DNA of 64,000 nt. Origin: Deltaproteobacteria bacterium (GTDB lineage: Bacteria; Myxococcota_A; UBA9160; JAJDAL01). Below, one piece after another: positions 36,020-45,847 of this stretch; the first letter of the stretch is position 1, and each line of letters begins with the position of its first letter. The notes beneath the pieces were generated by a model. That model searched no databases and was not told where the DNA came from. It saw only the letters and a list, made by a program, of their open reading frames with translations. The stretch is taken from contig JAJDAL010000006.1 in NCBI GenBank assembly GCA_029261875.1, forward strand, positions 120,765-184,764, written 5' to 3'. The position numbers were made by a program, and so were the translations under genes.

Positions 36020-38560
36020 TCAGGCGTCCGCATCCGCCTTGGCTTCCAGAGGTAGCTGGATCTGAAAGGTAGTTCCGGTTTCCGGACTCGATTCCACCCG
36101 CAGTTTTCCACCGTGGCGATCGACGATCTCGTGGGAAAGCGAAAGCCCGAGCCCGGTGCCTTTTCCGACGGGCTTGGTGGTGAAGAACGGGTCGAAGATC
36201 CGACTCTGCACGTCGGCGGGAATACCTGGACCGTTGTCGCGAAAGGTGATCTCCACGCCGTTTTCGACCGGGCGCGTGGTGATGTCGACCGTCCCGACCT
36301 TCCCCAGCGCATCGCAGGCGTTCATCAACACGTTGAGGAACACCTGGTTGAGCTGGCCGGGGAAACAGCGCACGCGCGGAATCTCTCCATAGTCGCGCTT
36401 GACCTCGATCCCATCCTTGAACCGAACTTCCATCAGGGTGAGGGTCCGGTCGATTTCTTCGTTCAGATTGACGTCTTGCAGCTCCGCTTGATCCATTCGA
36501 GAGAAGGTCCGCAGATCCTGCACGATCTTGGTGACGCGTTCCGTCCCCTCACGACTGCGGCGCAAAAGCTTGCTGATGGCGTCGTAAGCCTGCTCGGCTT
36601 CTTCACTGCCGGGTTCCGCGGCGATCAACCGCTTGATGTACTCGTCGACCAGCTGAAGGTTCGCGTGCACGAATCCGATGGGATTATTCAGTTCGTGGGC
36701 TACACCCGCCACGAGCTGCCCGAGTGATTTCATTTTCTCCGCTTGGACGAGTTGCGCTTGAGTCTCGCGCAATTCCCCGGTGCGCTCTTCCACGCGCGCC
36801 TCCAGGTTTTCGTTGAGCTTTCCAATCTCGTCGTAGGCCTTGGCATTTTCGATGGCGATCGAGCTCTGGTTCGCCAGCGTGCGAAGGAGCTGGCGATCGT
36901 CGGCGCCCAGAGTCTCGCCGGAATGTTTGGGTCCCACGGCGATCACACCCAACAGATCGACGCCGAACAGGATGGGGACCAGCAACTCGATCTCGAGGTT
37001 GTCGAACACGTCCCGGCAGGCCTCGCGGGTCTCCGGATCCGGATCGTCGTCGAAATCGTGACGCGCCAATTCTTCGCGCCGCATCCACACGTGCTTCCAA
37101 ATCGGGTGCGTGGCGGGGATCTCGACCGCGACGGTTGCGTCCTCCCAATCCCCGCGCCACGCGTTCGGGCGCAAGACCCGTTCCTCTTCGTCGAGCAGGA
37201 GCACCATGGCGCGCTCGACCCCCATGGTGTCCGTCAGCGCGACCAGAATGCGATCGGAGATCTCTCGCAGGGAGAGCATCGAAACCATGGCTTCGGAGAT
37301 CTCGCGAACCGCCCGGCGGTAGGTTGCGCGGTCGCGATCGAACACGCGATCCACCAGCTGCTGCATGCGGTCGCGGATCGGGTTGAAGGCGAGGATGGCA
37401 AAGAAGAGAAAGCTCACCTGAAACCAGGTCGAGCGCGCGTTGACGTTGAAACGCGATACCGCGGCGTCGGAGAACACGATGAAGAGCGCGAATAACCCGG
37501 TAATCGCCAGGGAAGCGAAGGTGTATGCGGCCGAGGATTTGGCCACCATGCGGATCTCGAACAACTGCTTGCGCACGATTCCGTATCCCACCGCGGCGGG
37601 GAACACGAACAGCCAGAGCATGGCGTAGTAGTAGGGGAGCGAGGTCCGCAGGTAATATTGGGCGATCAGGATGCCGACCACCGGCAAGAAACTGACCGCG
37701 GCACCCAGCAACATGACGTCCGCGCGCGCCGCCGTAACCGCATCCCGCACGCGCGTGCGCTCGACCGCCAACACGCCGATTCCCAACGTCGACGCCAGCG
37801 CCGCGAAGCCGAAGCAGATGGCGGGCACGATCCCCTGCTCCAACCCGAGCGGGTATTCGAGAAAGAAGAGGGACGACACAACCAGGGCGGCCGCGTAGGG
37901 GAGATATTGCAGGCGCCGGTGCTGGACGATCCAAGTGGGCTCGATGGGATAGCAGGTAAACAGATGGAACGCGGTGGCGCCCAACAGGGGCACGTTGATG
38001 GCGAGACGCGGATAGGCCCAGGTCGTACTCTCGGCGTGGAGAATCGTGAAGAGTTCCGTTGCGACCACGGAGCAGAACAGCAACAACGCCCAGGCTTCCG
38101 AGCGATCGGGCTTGAGGCGCCACACCGCGAGACCAATCCCCAGGTAGATGGCGCCGACGACGAGCAACCCGAGCTTCAAATGAAACGGCACCGATCGACC
38201 ACTCCCGGGCGGTTCCGGCAGCAGCTCGACATCCACCCGGTGGCCGTCGCGTTTCTCGAGAGTGTAGATATTGGAAACCCCGGCCTCGAGCAGGGTCTTG
38301 GAAGCGCGGGCAAAGCGCATGACCGGGCGGTGGTCGAAGGCAATCAGGCGATCGCCGACTTCGACGCCCGCGTCGTTGGCGGCCGGACTCGTGCTCTGAA
38401 CGATGGCGACGCCGCCGATGCCGGAGACATCCATCGGCCACTCGGGGGCTTCCGAAAGCGCAAAGCCACCCCAAAGCGATTGGACCAGGGCCAACATCGC
38501 CCAAGCGAGAGCGATCATGGCGGTGATGCGACGCAGTCGCAGGGTTGCCGAAGGGCTCAT
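36020..38560 (-). CDS. Sensor histidine kinase (N-terminal PDZ-like segment, polytopic membrane region, GAF-like domain, HisKA, HATPase)
   Basis: 846 aa. H-box [14 protein letters not shown]-box [13 protein letters not shown]-boxes DNGPGI and GKGTGLGLS. No response regulator gene is adjacent. Confidence 0.9.
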   Translation of the reverse strand: MSPSATLRLRRITAMIALAWAMLALVQSLWGGFALSEAPEWPMDVSGIGGVAIVQSTSPAANDAGVEVGDRLIAFDHRPVMRFARASKTLLEAGVSNIYTLEKRDGHRVDVELLPEPPGSGRSVPFHLKLGLLVVGAIYLGIGLAVWRLKPDRSEAWALLLFCSVVATELFTILHAESTTWAYPRLAINVPLLGATAFHLFTCYPIEPTWIVQHRRLQYLPYAAALVVSSLFFLEYPLGLEQGIVPAICFGFAALASTLGIGVLAVERTRVRDAVTAARADVMLLGAAVSFLPVVGILIAQYYLRTSLPYYYAMLWLFVFPAAVGYGIVRKQLFEIRMVAKSSAAYTFASLAITGLFALFIVFSDAAVSRFNVNARSTWFQVSFLFFAILAFNPIRDRMQQLVDRVFDRDRATYRRAVREISEAMVSMLSLREISDRILVALTDTMGVERAMVLLLDEEERVLRPNAWRGDWEDATVAVEIPATHPIWKHVWMRREELARHDFDDDPDPETREACRDVFDNLEIELLVPILFGVDLLGVIAVGPKHSGETLGADDRQLLRTLANQSSIAIENAKAYDEIGKLNENLEARVEERTGELRETQAQLVQAEKMKSLGQLVAGVAHELNNPIGFVHANLQLVDEYIKRLIAAEPGSEEAEQAYDAISKLLRRSREGTERVTKIVQDLRTFSRMDQAELQDVNLNEEIDRTLTLMEVRFKDGIEVKRDYGEIPRVRCFPGQLNQVFLNVLMNACDALGKVGTVDITTRPVENGVEITFRDNGPGIPADVQSRIFDPFFTTKPVGKGTGLGLSLSHEIVDRHGGKLRVESSPETGTTFQIQLPLEAKADADA

Positions 38561-38612
38561 AGGACCTCGGCGAGAAGGATAGCGTCAGCGATGGGGGAGA
38601 GCCGGGAGCCCT

Positions 38613-38948
38613 CTAGCGCAGCCGTTCGCTCTCGAATTGCAACAGCAGGGGATCGATGACAGGCCGGCTCGGGCCGTAGTGGTAGCCCGCATTGTTCAGG
38701 GAAGTGGGGCGAACGGAGTCGCTGCTGTTCGCCACGGCTCCCGATACCGGCGCGTAGACGAAGGCCGGAAGCTTCGCAGAAGCTTCGTGGCTTTCTGCGG
38801 GAGCGTCACACACGGAACCCGCAGCCTCCAGCGGAGCGGCATCCGCCGTATCCGCCCGGCTCGCCTCGAGGCCCGGCAAGGCCAACAAGCAGGCTGCGAC
38901 GACCGCTAGAAAGCCCAGGATGTCCCGTATCGCGCTTACTCGTCCCAT
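38613..38948 (-). CDS. Hypothetical membrane-anchored/secreted protein upstream of the histidine kinase
   Basis: 111 aa. N-terminal hydrophobic helix ILGFLAVVAACLLALPG. No recognisable domain. Confidence 0.45.
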   Translation of the reverse strand: MGRVSAIRDILGFLAVVAACLLALPGLEASRADTADAAPLEAAGSVCDAPAESHEASAKLPAFVYAPVSGAVANSSDSVRPTSLNNAGYHYGPSRPVIDPLLLQFESERLR

Positions 38949-38982
38949 CCGTGTCTCCGTGGGTTACCCTTAGATCCTCAAT

Positions 38983-38996
38983 GGATCGGCCGATCC
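38983..38996. promoter_or_regulatory. Perfect 14-nt palindrome in a divergent promoter region
   Basis: GGATCGGCCGATCC is its own reverse complement and lies 35-48 nt upstream of the 38948 start codon. Confidence 0.3.
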
Positions 38997-39124
38997 GGCG
39001 GATCCCTTGATGGCTCGAAAAACGAGCCCCGGGTCGCCGCGCTGCCTCGACCGTTGCACGCCTGCTGCTGCTTCGCTGCATCCTGCCCGGGTGTTCCCGC
39101 GTGTTGGCTCCAAACGAGGGTTTC

Positions 39125-40195
39125 ATGCGACTCGTGACATTCGAAAGACACCCGCGCAGCCAGTGGAGTCACCCGGATGACCGGCGGGATCACAGCGATT
39201 CCGTCGGGGACGCCGCTGTGGGCTTCGAAACCCCCGAGGCGGGCCGGCCGGGCACGCGCCGACTGGGCGCGCTACTGCACGCCGGACCCAGCGAGGGCGA
39301 CGTCGTCGATTTGAATCGCGCCCTGGCCATGAAGCTCGCTTTCGACGATGTGGGCGCCCCCGAAGCCGAAGCTGACTCGTTGTTGCCCGCGGATATGTGC
39401 TTGTTCCTGCGCCGGGGCCAACGGGCGCTCGAAGCGGCTCACGAGGCCCTGGACTACACCTTGCACGCACTGCAACGCTACGACGCGCCGGACCTCGCGC
39501 GCGCGGGCGTGCTGGAAAGACGTCGTGGCGTTCGGATCTGTGCCCCCATCGCGCGGCCCGGAAAAATCATCGGCGTCGCGCGAAACTACGCCGACCACGC
39601 GGCGGAACGCGGTCGCGAAGTTCCCGCCCAACCGACACTGTTCTTGAAAGCGCCATCGTCCGTAATCGGTCCCGAAGACGAGATCGTGCTACCGCGCGCG
39701 AGCCAGGCCGTCGATTTCGAAGGCGAGTTGGCGGTGGTGATTGGAACGCGCGCACGCAACCTCGAGTCCGGAGAAGCCCTCGACGCGGTCGCGGGTTACA
39801 CGACGGCCAACGACGTCACCGCTCGCGACCTGCAGGACGCGGGCGGGCAGCGCTTTACGGCCAAATCCTGCGACACCTTTGCGCCGCTGGGTCCGACGCT
39901 GGTGACCGCCGACGAAATTTCCGATCCCCAGGACCTGGGGATTCAGACGCAAGTCTCCGGGGAGATCCTGCAATCCGCACGCACCAAGGAAATGATCTTT
40001 CCCGTCGCCCACATCATCGCTTTCGCGTCGACGCTGATGACTCTGGAACCCGGTGACGTGATCTTGACCGGAACGCCGGCGGGTGTCGGGGCCTCCCGCA
40101 CACCGCCGCGTTGGCTGCGCGAAGGCGACGTCGTGGAAGTCGCGGTGGAATCCGTCGGTCGATTGCGAAACTACGTACGCGAGGAGAGAGACTGA
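39125..40195 (+). CDS. Fumarylacetoacetate hydrolase (FAH) family protein
   Basis: Start moved to ATG 39125 (MRLVTFE). FAH core GKIIGVARNYADHA...PTLFLKAPSSVIGP...VDFEGELAVVIG. Confidence 0.85.
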   Translation: MRLVTFERHPRSQWSHPDDRRDHSDSVGDAAVGFETPEAGRPGTRRLGALLHAGPSEGDVVDLNRALAMKLAFDDVGAPEAEADSLLPADMCLFLRRGQRALEAAHEALDYTLHALQRYDAPDLARAGVLERRRGVRICAPIARPGKIIGVARNYADHAAERGREVPAQPTLFLKAPSSVIGPEDEIVLPRASQAVDFEGELAVVIGTRARNLESGEALDAVAGYTTANDVTARDLQDAGGQRFTAKSCDTFAPLGPTLVTADEISDPQDLGIQTQVSGEILQSARTKEMIFPVAHIIAFASTLMTLEPGDVILTGTPAGVGASRTPPRWLREGDVVEVAVESVGRLRNYVREERD

Positions 40196-40214
40196 TTTGG
40201 AGAAGCACGTCCGC

Positions 40215-40757
40215 ATGTTGGATCGCAACCGCTCCGCGTTGCTGGTGATCGATCTTCAAGAATCCTATCGAGGCAAACTCCACAACGAAGCGGCCCTGGT
40301 CCGCGCCAGCCAGATCTTGCTCGACGCGGCGGGCAAACTCGCCATTCCAGTGCTGCTGACGGAGCAATACCCCAAAGGCCTGGGGACCACGCGCGAAGAA
40401 ATCGCCACCCACCTGCCGGAAACCGCGACACGCTTCGAGAAAACTTCCTTCTCTGCTCTCGGCGCACCGGGATTGAGGGAACACCTGCGCGAACTCGATC
40501 GCGATCAGATCGTGGTCGCGGGCATCGAAACCCATGTTTGTGTCAACCAGAGCACCCACGACATCCTGGCCCAGGGCTGGCAAGCCCATCTGGTCCGCGA
40601 CGCCATTTCCGCGCGCCACCCCCTCGAAGATGAAACGGGATTCGCGAAGATGACCCAATCCGGCGCCATTCCCACCAGCGTCGAAGCGGTCCTTTTCGAG
40701 TGGCTGGAAGACTCGCGCTCGCCGGACTTCAAATCCGTACAACCGCTGGTCGTCTGA
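40215..40757 (+). CDS. Isochorismatase-family hydrolase
   Basis: ORF 40083..40757 trimmed to ATG 40215. Motif ALLVIDLQ and catalytic-Cys context VAGIETHVCV. Confidence 0.85.
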   Translation: MLDRNRSALLVIDLQESYRGKLHNEAALVRASQILLDAAGKLAIPVLLTEQYPKGLGTTREEIATHLPETATRFEKTSFSALGAPGLREHLRELDRDQIVVAGIETHVCVNQSTHDILAQGWQAHLVRDAISARHPLEDETGFAKMTQSGAIPTSVEAVLFEWLEDSRSPDFKSVQPLVV

Positions 40758-40929
40758 TTCGACACGCGGAACGAGGGCGATGATTCCAAGGGACTTCGCG
40801 CAGGGCAGTGCCCAGCATCCGCGAAGGGCTTCGAGACGACATCCGTCATTTGCAGGAGGTAGGAGAAGACGTTTGGCCTTCGTTCCTCCATACTGCTTCG
40901 CATCGCATGAATCTTGGAGGGCCGGTTTG

Positions 40930-42516
40930 GTGAAGCGTATCGATTCGAATTGGATGGCTTGGTTGATTCTTCTGGGCGTCGTTTTCTCGCCGCAGGCGTT
41001 CGGATACCCCCTCGATGGCTATTCCGAAACCGGCATTCCGCGCATCGAACACCAACGCTTGATCCAGGTGGGCGAGATCCCGGGCCGGAAACGACCCTCG
41101 GGAGAACTGCTTCCCCTTGCGAAGGTCGATCTGCGCCTCACCGACAAGGCGGATTTTTCCCTGCCGGCCTCGGATGCCCGCTTGGTCAGCACGCTGAAGC
41201 GCCTGCTGGGCCCCGAGCTCGATCGCTACGGAGTGGGCCTCCTCGACCTCTCGGACCTCTCGAATCCCCGCTATGCGGAGTGGAACGGCGGAATCCGGCA
41301 GAATCCCGGCAGCGTGGGGAAGATCGTCGTGGCCCTCGGGATCTTCCAGGCCCTGGCCGACATCTATCCGAAGGACATCGAAGCCCGCAAGCGCGTCCTG
41401 CGCAACACCGTGATCACCGCGGACATCTTCAGCGTCTACGACCACCACACCGTCGGCTTCTTCGATCTCGTCAAGCGCACGACGACGCGACGCCCATTGC
41501 AGGTGGGCGACCGGGGAACACTTTGGACCTACCTCGATTGGATGATGTCCCCCAGCTCGAATTCCGCCGCCGGGATGTTGCAGAAACAGCTGATCTCGAT
41601 GACCCACTTTGGCGCCGCCTACCCGGTCAGCGCCGCCCAAGAAGAACAGTTCTTCCGCGACACACCGCGCACGGAGCTGAGCGCCCTGTTCGAGAAAGCC
41701 ATCCAGGGCCCCATCACCCGCAATGGCCTCGACCTCGAAACCTTGCGCCAGGGGAGTTTCTTGACCCATGAGGGCAAGAAGCGCGTACCCGGGACCAGTA
41801 GCTACGCCACGCCCCGCTCGCTGATGGAATTCATGGTCAAGATGGAGCAGGGAAAACTCGTCGATGCCTGGTCGAGCCGCGAGATCAAACGTTTGATGTA
41901 CATCACGGAACGCAGAATTCGTTACGGGTCTTCGGGCGTGCTGCGGCCTTCCGCGGTCTATTTCAAATCGGGCTCGCTCTACAGTTGCGTTCCGGAAGAA
42001 GGCTTCACGTGCAAGAAGTACCACGGCAACAAACGCAACTACATGAACTCCGTCGCGATCATCGAAACTCCCGCTGGACAAGATCGCCTCTTCTACATGG
42101 TCACCGTACTCTCCAATGTCCTGCGCAAGAATTCCGCCCAGGACCACCGCGACCTCGCCAAGGCGGTCCACGGGATGCTGCTGGCCGACCATCCCCCGAA
42201 ACCCGTTGCGCCCGGCGAACTCCCGCCCAATGCCACATATGGGGAGGGGTTCATCGGATACGAGGCGGAACGCGCCGAAGTCGAACTCAAGATCGCCACC
42301 CAGGAAGCGCTGATCGATTTGGGTTACGACATCGGCGAGATCGACGGCGTCATCGGCGCCCGTAGCCGGGAGTCGATTCGCGATTTCCAGCGCAAGCAGG
42401 GCATCGCAGAAACGGGTCAGATCTCGTCCGGACTGCTTCAAGCGATGAAGAAAGTCGCCGAGCAGCGCGGCCTCATGCGACCGGAATCGCAAGGTTCACG
42501 GGGCAGCGACGGCTAA
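40930..42516 (+). CDS. Class-A beta-lactamase-fold serine hydrolase with a C-terminal peptidoglycan-binding domain
   Basis: GTG 40930 lies 10 nt after GGAGGG. Signal peptide present. S-x-x-K (GSVGK), S-x-N (SSNSAAGML) and K-S-G (FKSGS) triads. PG_binding_1-like tail LIDLGYDIGEIDGVIGARSRESIRDFQRKQGI. Confidence 0.8.
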   Translation: MKRIDSNWMAWLILLGVVFSPQAFGYPLDGYSETGIPRIEHQRLIQVGEIPGRKRPSGELLPLAKVDLRLTDKADFSLPASDARLVSTLKRLLGPELDRYGVGLLDLSDLSNPRYAEWNGGIRQNPGSVGKIVVALGIFQALADIYPKDIEARKRVLRNTVITADIFSVYDHHTVGFFDLVKRTTTRRPLQVGDRGTLWTYLDWMMSPSSNSAAGMLQKQLISMTHFGAAYPVSAAQEEQFFRDTPRTELSALFEKAIQGPITRNGLDLETLRQGSFLTHEGKKRVPGTSSYATPRSLMEFMVKMEQGKLVDAWSSREIKRLMYITERRIRYGSSGVLRPSAVYFKSGSLYSCVPEEGFTCKKYHGNKRNYMNSVAIIETPAGQDRLFYMVTVLSNVLRKNSAQDHRDLAKAVHGMLLADHPPKPVAPGELPPNATYGEGFIGYEAERAEVELKIATQEALIDLGYDIGEIDGVIGARSRESIRDFQRKQGIAETGQISSGLLQAMKKVAEQRGLMRPESQGSRGSDG

Positions 42517-42520
42517 GGGG

Positions 42521-43063
42521 TTAGGACAGCGGCGTGTAGCGGATCAAGACGCGCTCGCCGTACTTCACGCCCGCGCGCATCTTGTCGCGCCATTCGCCGA
42601 TCTCCTCCGGGTACTTGCTGTCGTACACGCCGAGTAGACGCTCGGAGACGTTCACGTCCGTCACGAGCTCCGCCTTGGCGACGAAACTCGGAGCCTTTCG
42701 AAAATCTTCGTTGCGCGATCCCAACAGCCCCTTCCAGCGCCCGTGATCGCCGACCCAGATTCGAGCGCGATCGAGCCCGCGTTTTACGCTGCGGCTCTTC
42801 CAGCGGTCGCGGCCGGTGTTGAGCACCACCGCGCCGTCGAGGAAGCCGAACCAGACCTCAGCGTGGCAGGTGCTTTCCGAACCGTCCGACTTGAGTGGCG
42901 AAACGTAGACGAAGGGGCTCTTCTCCAGTGCCGCGAGGGTTTTGGCCGGGAGTCCCTTCTCGTGATGGGCGAAGCGCCCCACCCAATCGAACGCACCCGC
43001 GGTCGAGGGCCAAAGCAAGGCTGCGACTCCCGCTTGAAGAAAATCGCGTCGCTGAAGCTTCAA
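42521..43063 (-). CDS. Tat-signal hypothetical protein
   Basis: Start moved to TTG 43063, which lies 8 nt after GGAGGA and overlaps the cysH stop (TTGA). N-terminus KLQRRDFLQAGVAALLWPSTAGA (twin-arginine motif). 180 aa. Confidence 0.6.
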   Translation of the reverse strand: MKLQRRDFLQAGVAALLWPSTAGAFDWVGRFAHHEKGLPAKTLAALEKSPFVYVSPLKSDGSESTCHAEVWFGFLDGAVVLNTGRDRWKSRSVKRGLDRARIWVGDHGRWKGLLGSRNEDFRKAPSFVAKAELVTDVNVSERLLGVYDSKYPEEIGEWRDKMRAGVKYGERVLIRYTPLS

Positions 43064-43896
43064 ATTCCCGATCCTCCGCTCTCGTCTTCCACGTGAATCC
43101 CACATTCTTTGGTTTCCGGGTTCTCCCACCACCAACGTCCTGCGCGCGGATCCTCACCGGGTTCGACCGCGCGCGAACACGGGTCGCACCCCACGGACGC
43201 GTAGCCGCGCTTGTGTAGGCGATTGGTGGGAATGTCGTTCGCGGCCACATATTGGAGGACTTGCTCGTGGGTCCAATCCGCGATGGGGTTGAACTTGACG
43301 ATGTCGCCGTGGACGTGGTCGATCTCCACCTTGCCGGTATCGGTCCGCGTCACGTTCTGATCGCGCCGCAAGCCCGACACCCACGCGTCGAGATCCGCGA
43401 GGTAACGATTCAAGGGCTCCACCTTGCGAACGCGACAGCAGAGTTTCCGGTTCGCGACGGATTCGTAAAAGAGATTCATCCCCTTCGCGTTCACCATCTC
43501 CTGGACGGCTCCCGATTCGGGGAAAATCACTTCGATGCGTTTGCCGTAGCGTTCGCGGATTCGGTCCATGAGGTCGTAGCTGGCCTGGTGGAGCCGACCC
43601 GTGTCGAGCACGAAGACCCGGGAGGTGGGCTCGATGTTGTGCAGCATGTCCAGGATCACCATGCCTTCCGGGGCACCGAAAGAGCACGAGAGCGCGAGGC
43701 GGGGGTGATAATTCTTGACTGCGAATGTCAAGATTTCTTCGGTGGTCAGGGACTCGAAGCGACCGCTCTCGATATCCGTCAACACCCTAGCTTTACTGAT
43801 GTTTTCTTCTTGGGGGGCCACTGCGCTCACGGGGTTCTCCTCGCTTCTAGGAAGCCGCGGGGAGGAAAAGGTTTCATTCCCAAGCCAGGAAGTCAA
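43060..43896 (-). CDS. cysH: Adenylyl-sulfate (APS)/PAPS reductase, thioredoxin-dependent, Fe-S type
   Basis: 278 aa from TTG 43896 (TTGA overlap with the upstream stop); an internal GTG start is possible. Motifs LSCSFGAPEGMV, KLCCRVRKVEPL, GCDPC and KECGIH. Confidence 0.85.
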   Translation of the reverse strand: MTSWLGNETFSSPRLPRSEENPVSAVAPQEENISKARVLTDIESGRFESLTTEEILTFAVKNYHPRLALSCSFGAPEGMVILDMLHNIEPTSRVFVLDTGRLHQASYDLMDRIRERYGKRIEVIFPESGAVQEMVNAKGMNLFYESVANRKLCCRVRKVEPLNRYLADLDAWVSGLRRDQNVTRTDTGKVEIDHVHGDIVKFNPIADWTHEQVLQYVAANDIPTNRLHKRGYASVGCDPCSRAVEPGEDPRAGRWWWENPETKECGIHVEDESGGSGI

Positions 43897-44198
43897 GATT
43901 TTCGCAGAATCGACTCTACCTCGTCCACTTTGTCCTCCAGCTTGACCGCGCGGTCGCGCCGCTCATCGATCTTCACCACCGTGGAGACCCGAACCGCTCC
44001 CGCGGTAAACACCGCCTCCTGCATGGAGCGGATCAGGTCAAAGATCGCCTCGAGATCGCCTTCGAGGGTCGTGAACATGGCGCCGAGTTCCACCCGCACC
44101 TGGCTCTGTGCGCGCGCTACGCGCAGCGCCTCCGCCACGTATCGGCTGACGCTTACCCCGTCTCCGATGGGGGCGATGCTGACGGCGACGATCGCCAT
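43893..44198 (-). CDS. MTH1187/YkoF-like (DUF77) family protein
   Basis: ORF 43893..44954 trimmed to MAIVAVSIAPIGDG (ATG 44198, AAGGAG RBS). 101 aa. Confidence 0.8.
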   Translation of the reverse strand: MAIVAVSIAPIGDGVSVSRYVAEALRVARAQSQVRVELGAMFTTLEGDLEAIFDLIRSMQEAVFTAGAVRVSTVVKIDERRDRAVKLEDKVDEVESILRKS

Positions 44199-44707
44199 GG
44201 GGTGCTCCTTTGTTGTGCGAGGGGTCGAACGCCACTCGGATCGACGGCGTCCAAAAGCGCTCGAATCGAACGTCCGCGCCCCGGGTGCAGAAAATCCGCA
44301 GCCAAAGCGGCAAGCGGAACCAGAACGAACGCGCGCTCGTGACAGCGCGGGTGGGGCAGCGTCAGGGTAGGCGAGTCCAGCACGCGGTCCGCGTAGAACA
44401 ACAAGTCGAGGTCCAGGGTGCGCGCCGCGTTGGGAATGCTGCGCTCGCGCCCGTTGCCTTCCTCGATGGCCTGCAGTCGCTCGAGCAGTTCCTGCGGCGC
44501 CAGGGTCGTGTCGATCTCCGCGACCGCGTTCAGATACGGGCCTTGAGGAGGGGGCCCGATGGGATCGGTCTCGTAGAGGGGCGACAGGCAAACCTTGGCG
44601 ATCCCCGGAGTCTCGCGCAGTCCACGGCAGGCGGCGTCGAGATAACGCTGGCGATCCCCGAGGTTCGAGCCTAGGCCGATGAAGGCGCGTTCGACGCGTC
44701 GACTCAC
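44153..44707 (-). CDS. folK: 2-amino-4-hydroxy-6-hydroxymethyldihydropteridine diphosphokinase
   Basis: GTG 44707 overlaps the upstream stop (GTGA). Motifs AFIGLGSNLGDR, RTLDLDLL and LTLPHPR. The 3' end overlaps the next gene by 46 nt. Confidence 0.85.
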   Translation of the reverse strand: MSRRVERAFIGLGSNLGDRQRYLDAACRGLRETPGIAKVCLSPLYETDPIGPPPQGPYLNAVAEIDTTLAPQELLERLQAIEEGNGRERSIPNAARTLDLDLLFYADRVLDSPTLTLPHPRCHERAFVLVPLAALAADFLHPGRGRSIRALLDAVDPSGVRPLAQQRSTPWRSSPSASPPSETG

Positions 44708-45771
44708 AGGGTTTCCGCGGCTTGCACCGGCACGCCACTCTCGAGCAGCTCGTCCTCGCGCGTTGCGCGCTCGAAGGTGATGGGATCGCGCGCCACGAAC
44801 GCATCGCCGCGAACGTCGCAATCCTCCATCGCGCATTCGGCGCATTGGCGCGGTCGACAGGGGTCGAAGTGAATGATGACGTCACCGGGCAGGTTGGAGG
44901 ATTCGAGCACCACACGCTCGATCTCGTGATTGATGCGGTGAAGCCGATCCGCATCGAAATAGCGCGGCACGGACAGATGCATATCGGCGTGCTGCACGTT
45001 TCCCGAGCGCCAGGCGCGCAAGCTGTGGACGTCGATCCACCACGCGGGTCGCGCCAACTCCATGGCGTTGCTGATGCGCGTGAGTGCGGAAATGTCGGCC
45101 TCGTCCATCAAACCGCTCACCGCTTCGCGCAAGAGCTTCCAACCGGTCCGAAGAATGTTGAGTGCGACGACGATGGCGACCAGGGGATCGAGAATCATCC
45201 AACCCGTGAGCGCCACGGCACCCAGCCCGCCCAGCACGCCGACGCTCGTCACCACGTCGGTCATCAAGTGTTTGCCGTCCGCGATCAACGCCAGGGATTG
45301 CGTGCGACGCCCGACCGAGATCAGATACCCCCCCGCAGCGGCGTTGACGAGCGTAAAGACTCCCACCAGGATCAAACCCGCGTCGATGCGTTCGACGTGG
45401 GGGCCCGCGAGCAGATCCCGCACGGCTTCGAAGAAAATCAGACACGCGGCAACGGCGATCATCGCGCCTTCGACGCCGGCGGAGAAGTATTCGACTTTGC
45501 CGTGCCCGTAGGGGTGGTCCTGATCCGCCGGGCGCGACGAGACCACGAGGCTGTACAGCAGCACGGCGGCTGCGACGACGTTCACCACCGATTCCATGGC
45601 GTCGGAAAACACGGCCGAGGAGCCGGTCAAGAGATAGGTGACGAGCTTCCCGCCCAACACCAGGACGCCGGCGAGCATGGCGACGCGACCGGCCCGCAGT
45701 CGCGTCGCGCGCTCCAATGCCTCCGAATTGGCGGAGTCTTGGGCGGCTTGTTGCGTGTGTTTGATGGCCAT
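44704..45771 (-). CDS. Cation diffusion facilitator (CDF) family transporter with a Cys-rich C-terminal extension
   Basis: 355 aa. CDF blocks AVFSDAMESVVN, DQDHPYGHGKVEY and GKHLMTDVV. C-terminal tail CRPRQCAECAMEDC. Confidence 0.85.
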   Translation of the reverse strand: MAIKHTQQAAQDSANSEALERATRLRAGRVAMLAGVLVLGGKLVTYLLTGSSAVFSDAMESVVNVVAAAVLLYSLVVSSRPADQDHPYGHGKVEYFSAGVEGAMIAVAACLIFFEAVRDLLAGPHVERIDAGLILVGVFTLVNAAAGGYLISVGRRTQSLALIADGKHLMTDVVTSVGVLGGLGAVALTGWMILDPLVAIVVALNILRTGWKLLREAVSGLMDEADISALTRISNAMELARPAWWIDVHSLRAWRSGNVQHADMHLSVPRYFDADRLHRINHEIERVVLESSNLPGDVIIHFDPCRPRQCAECAMEDCDVRGDAFVARDPITFERATREDELLESGVPVQAAETL

Positions 45772-45847
45772 CCAGGCGATCTTACAGGCGCTCCGCGCCC
45801 CGCGCGATGCGCGCCTCCCGAGGCCACCGGGCGGCTACAATGGCGCC

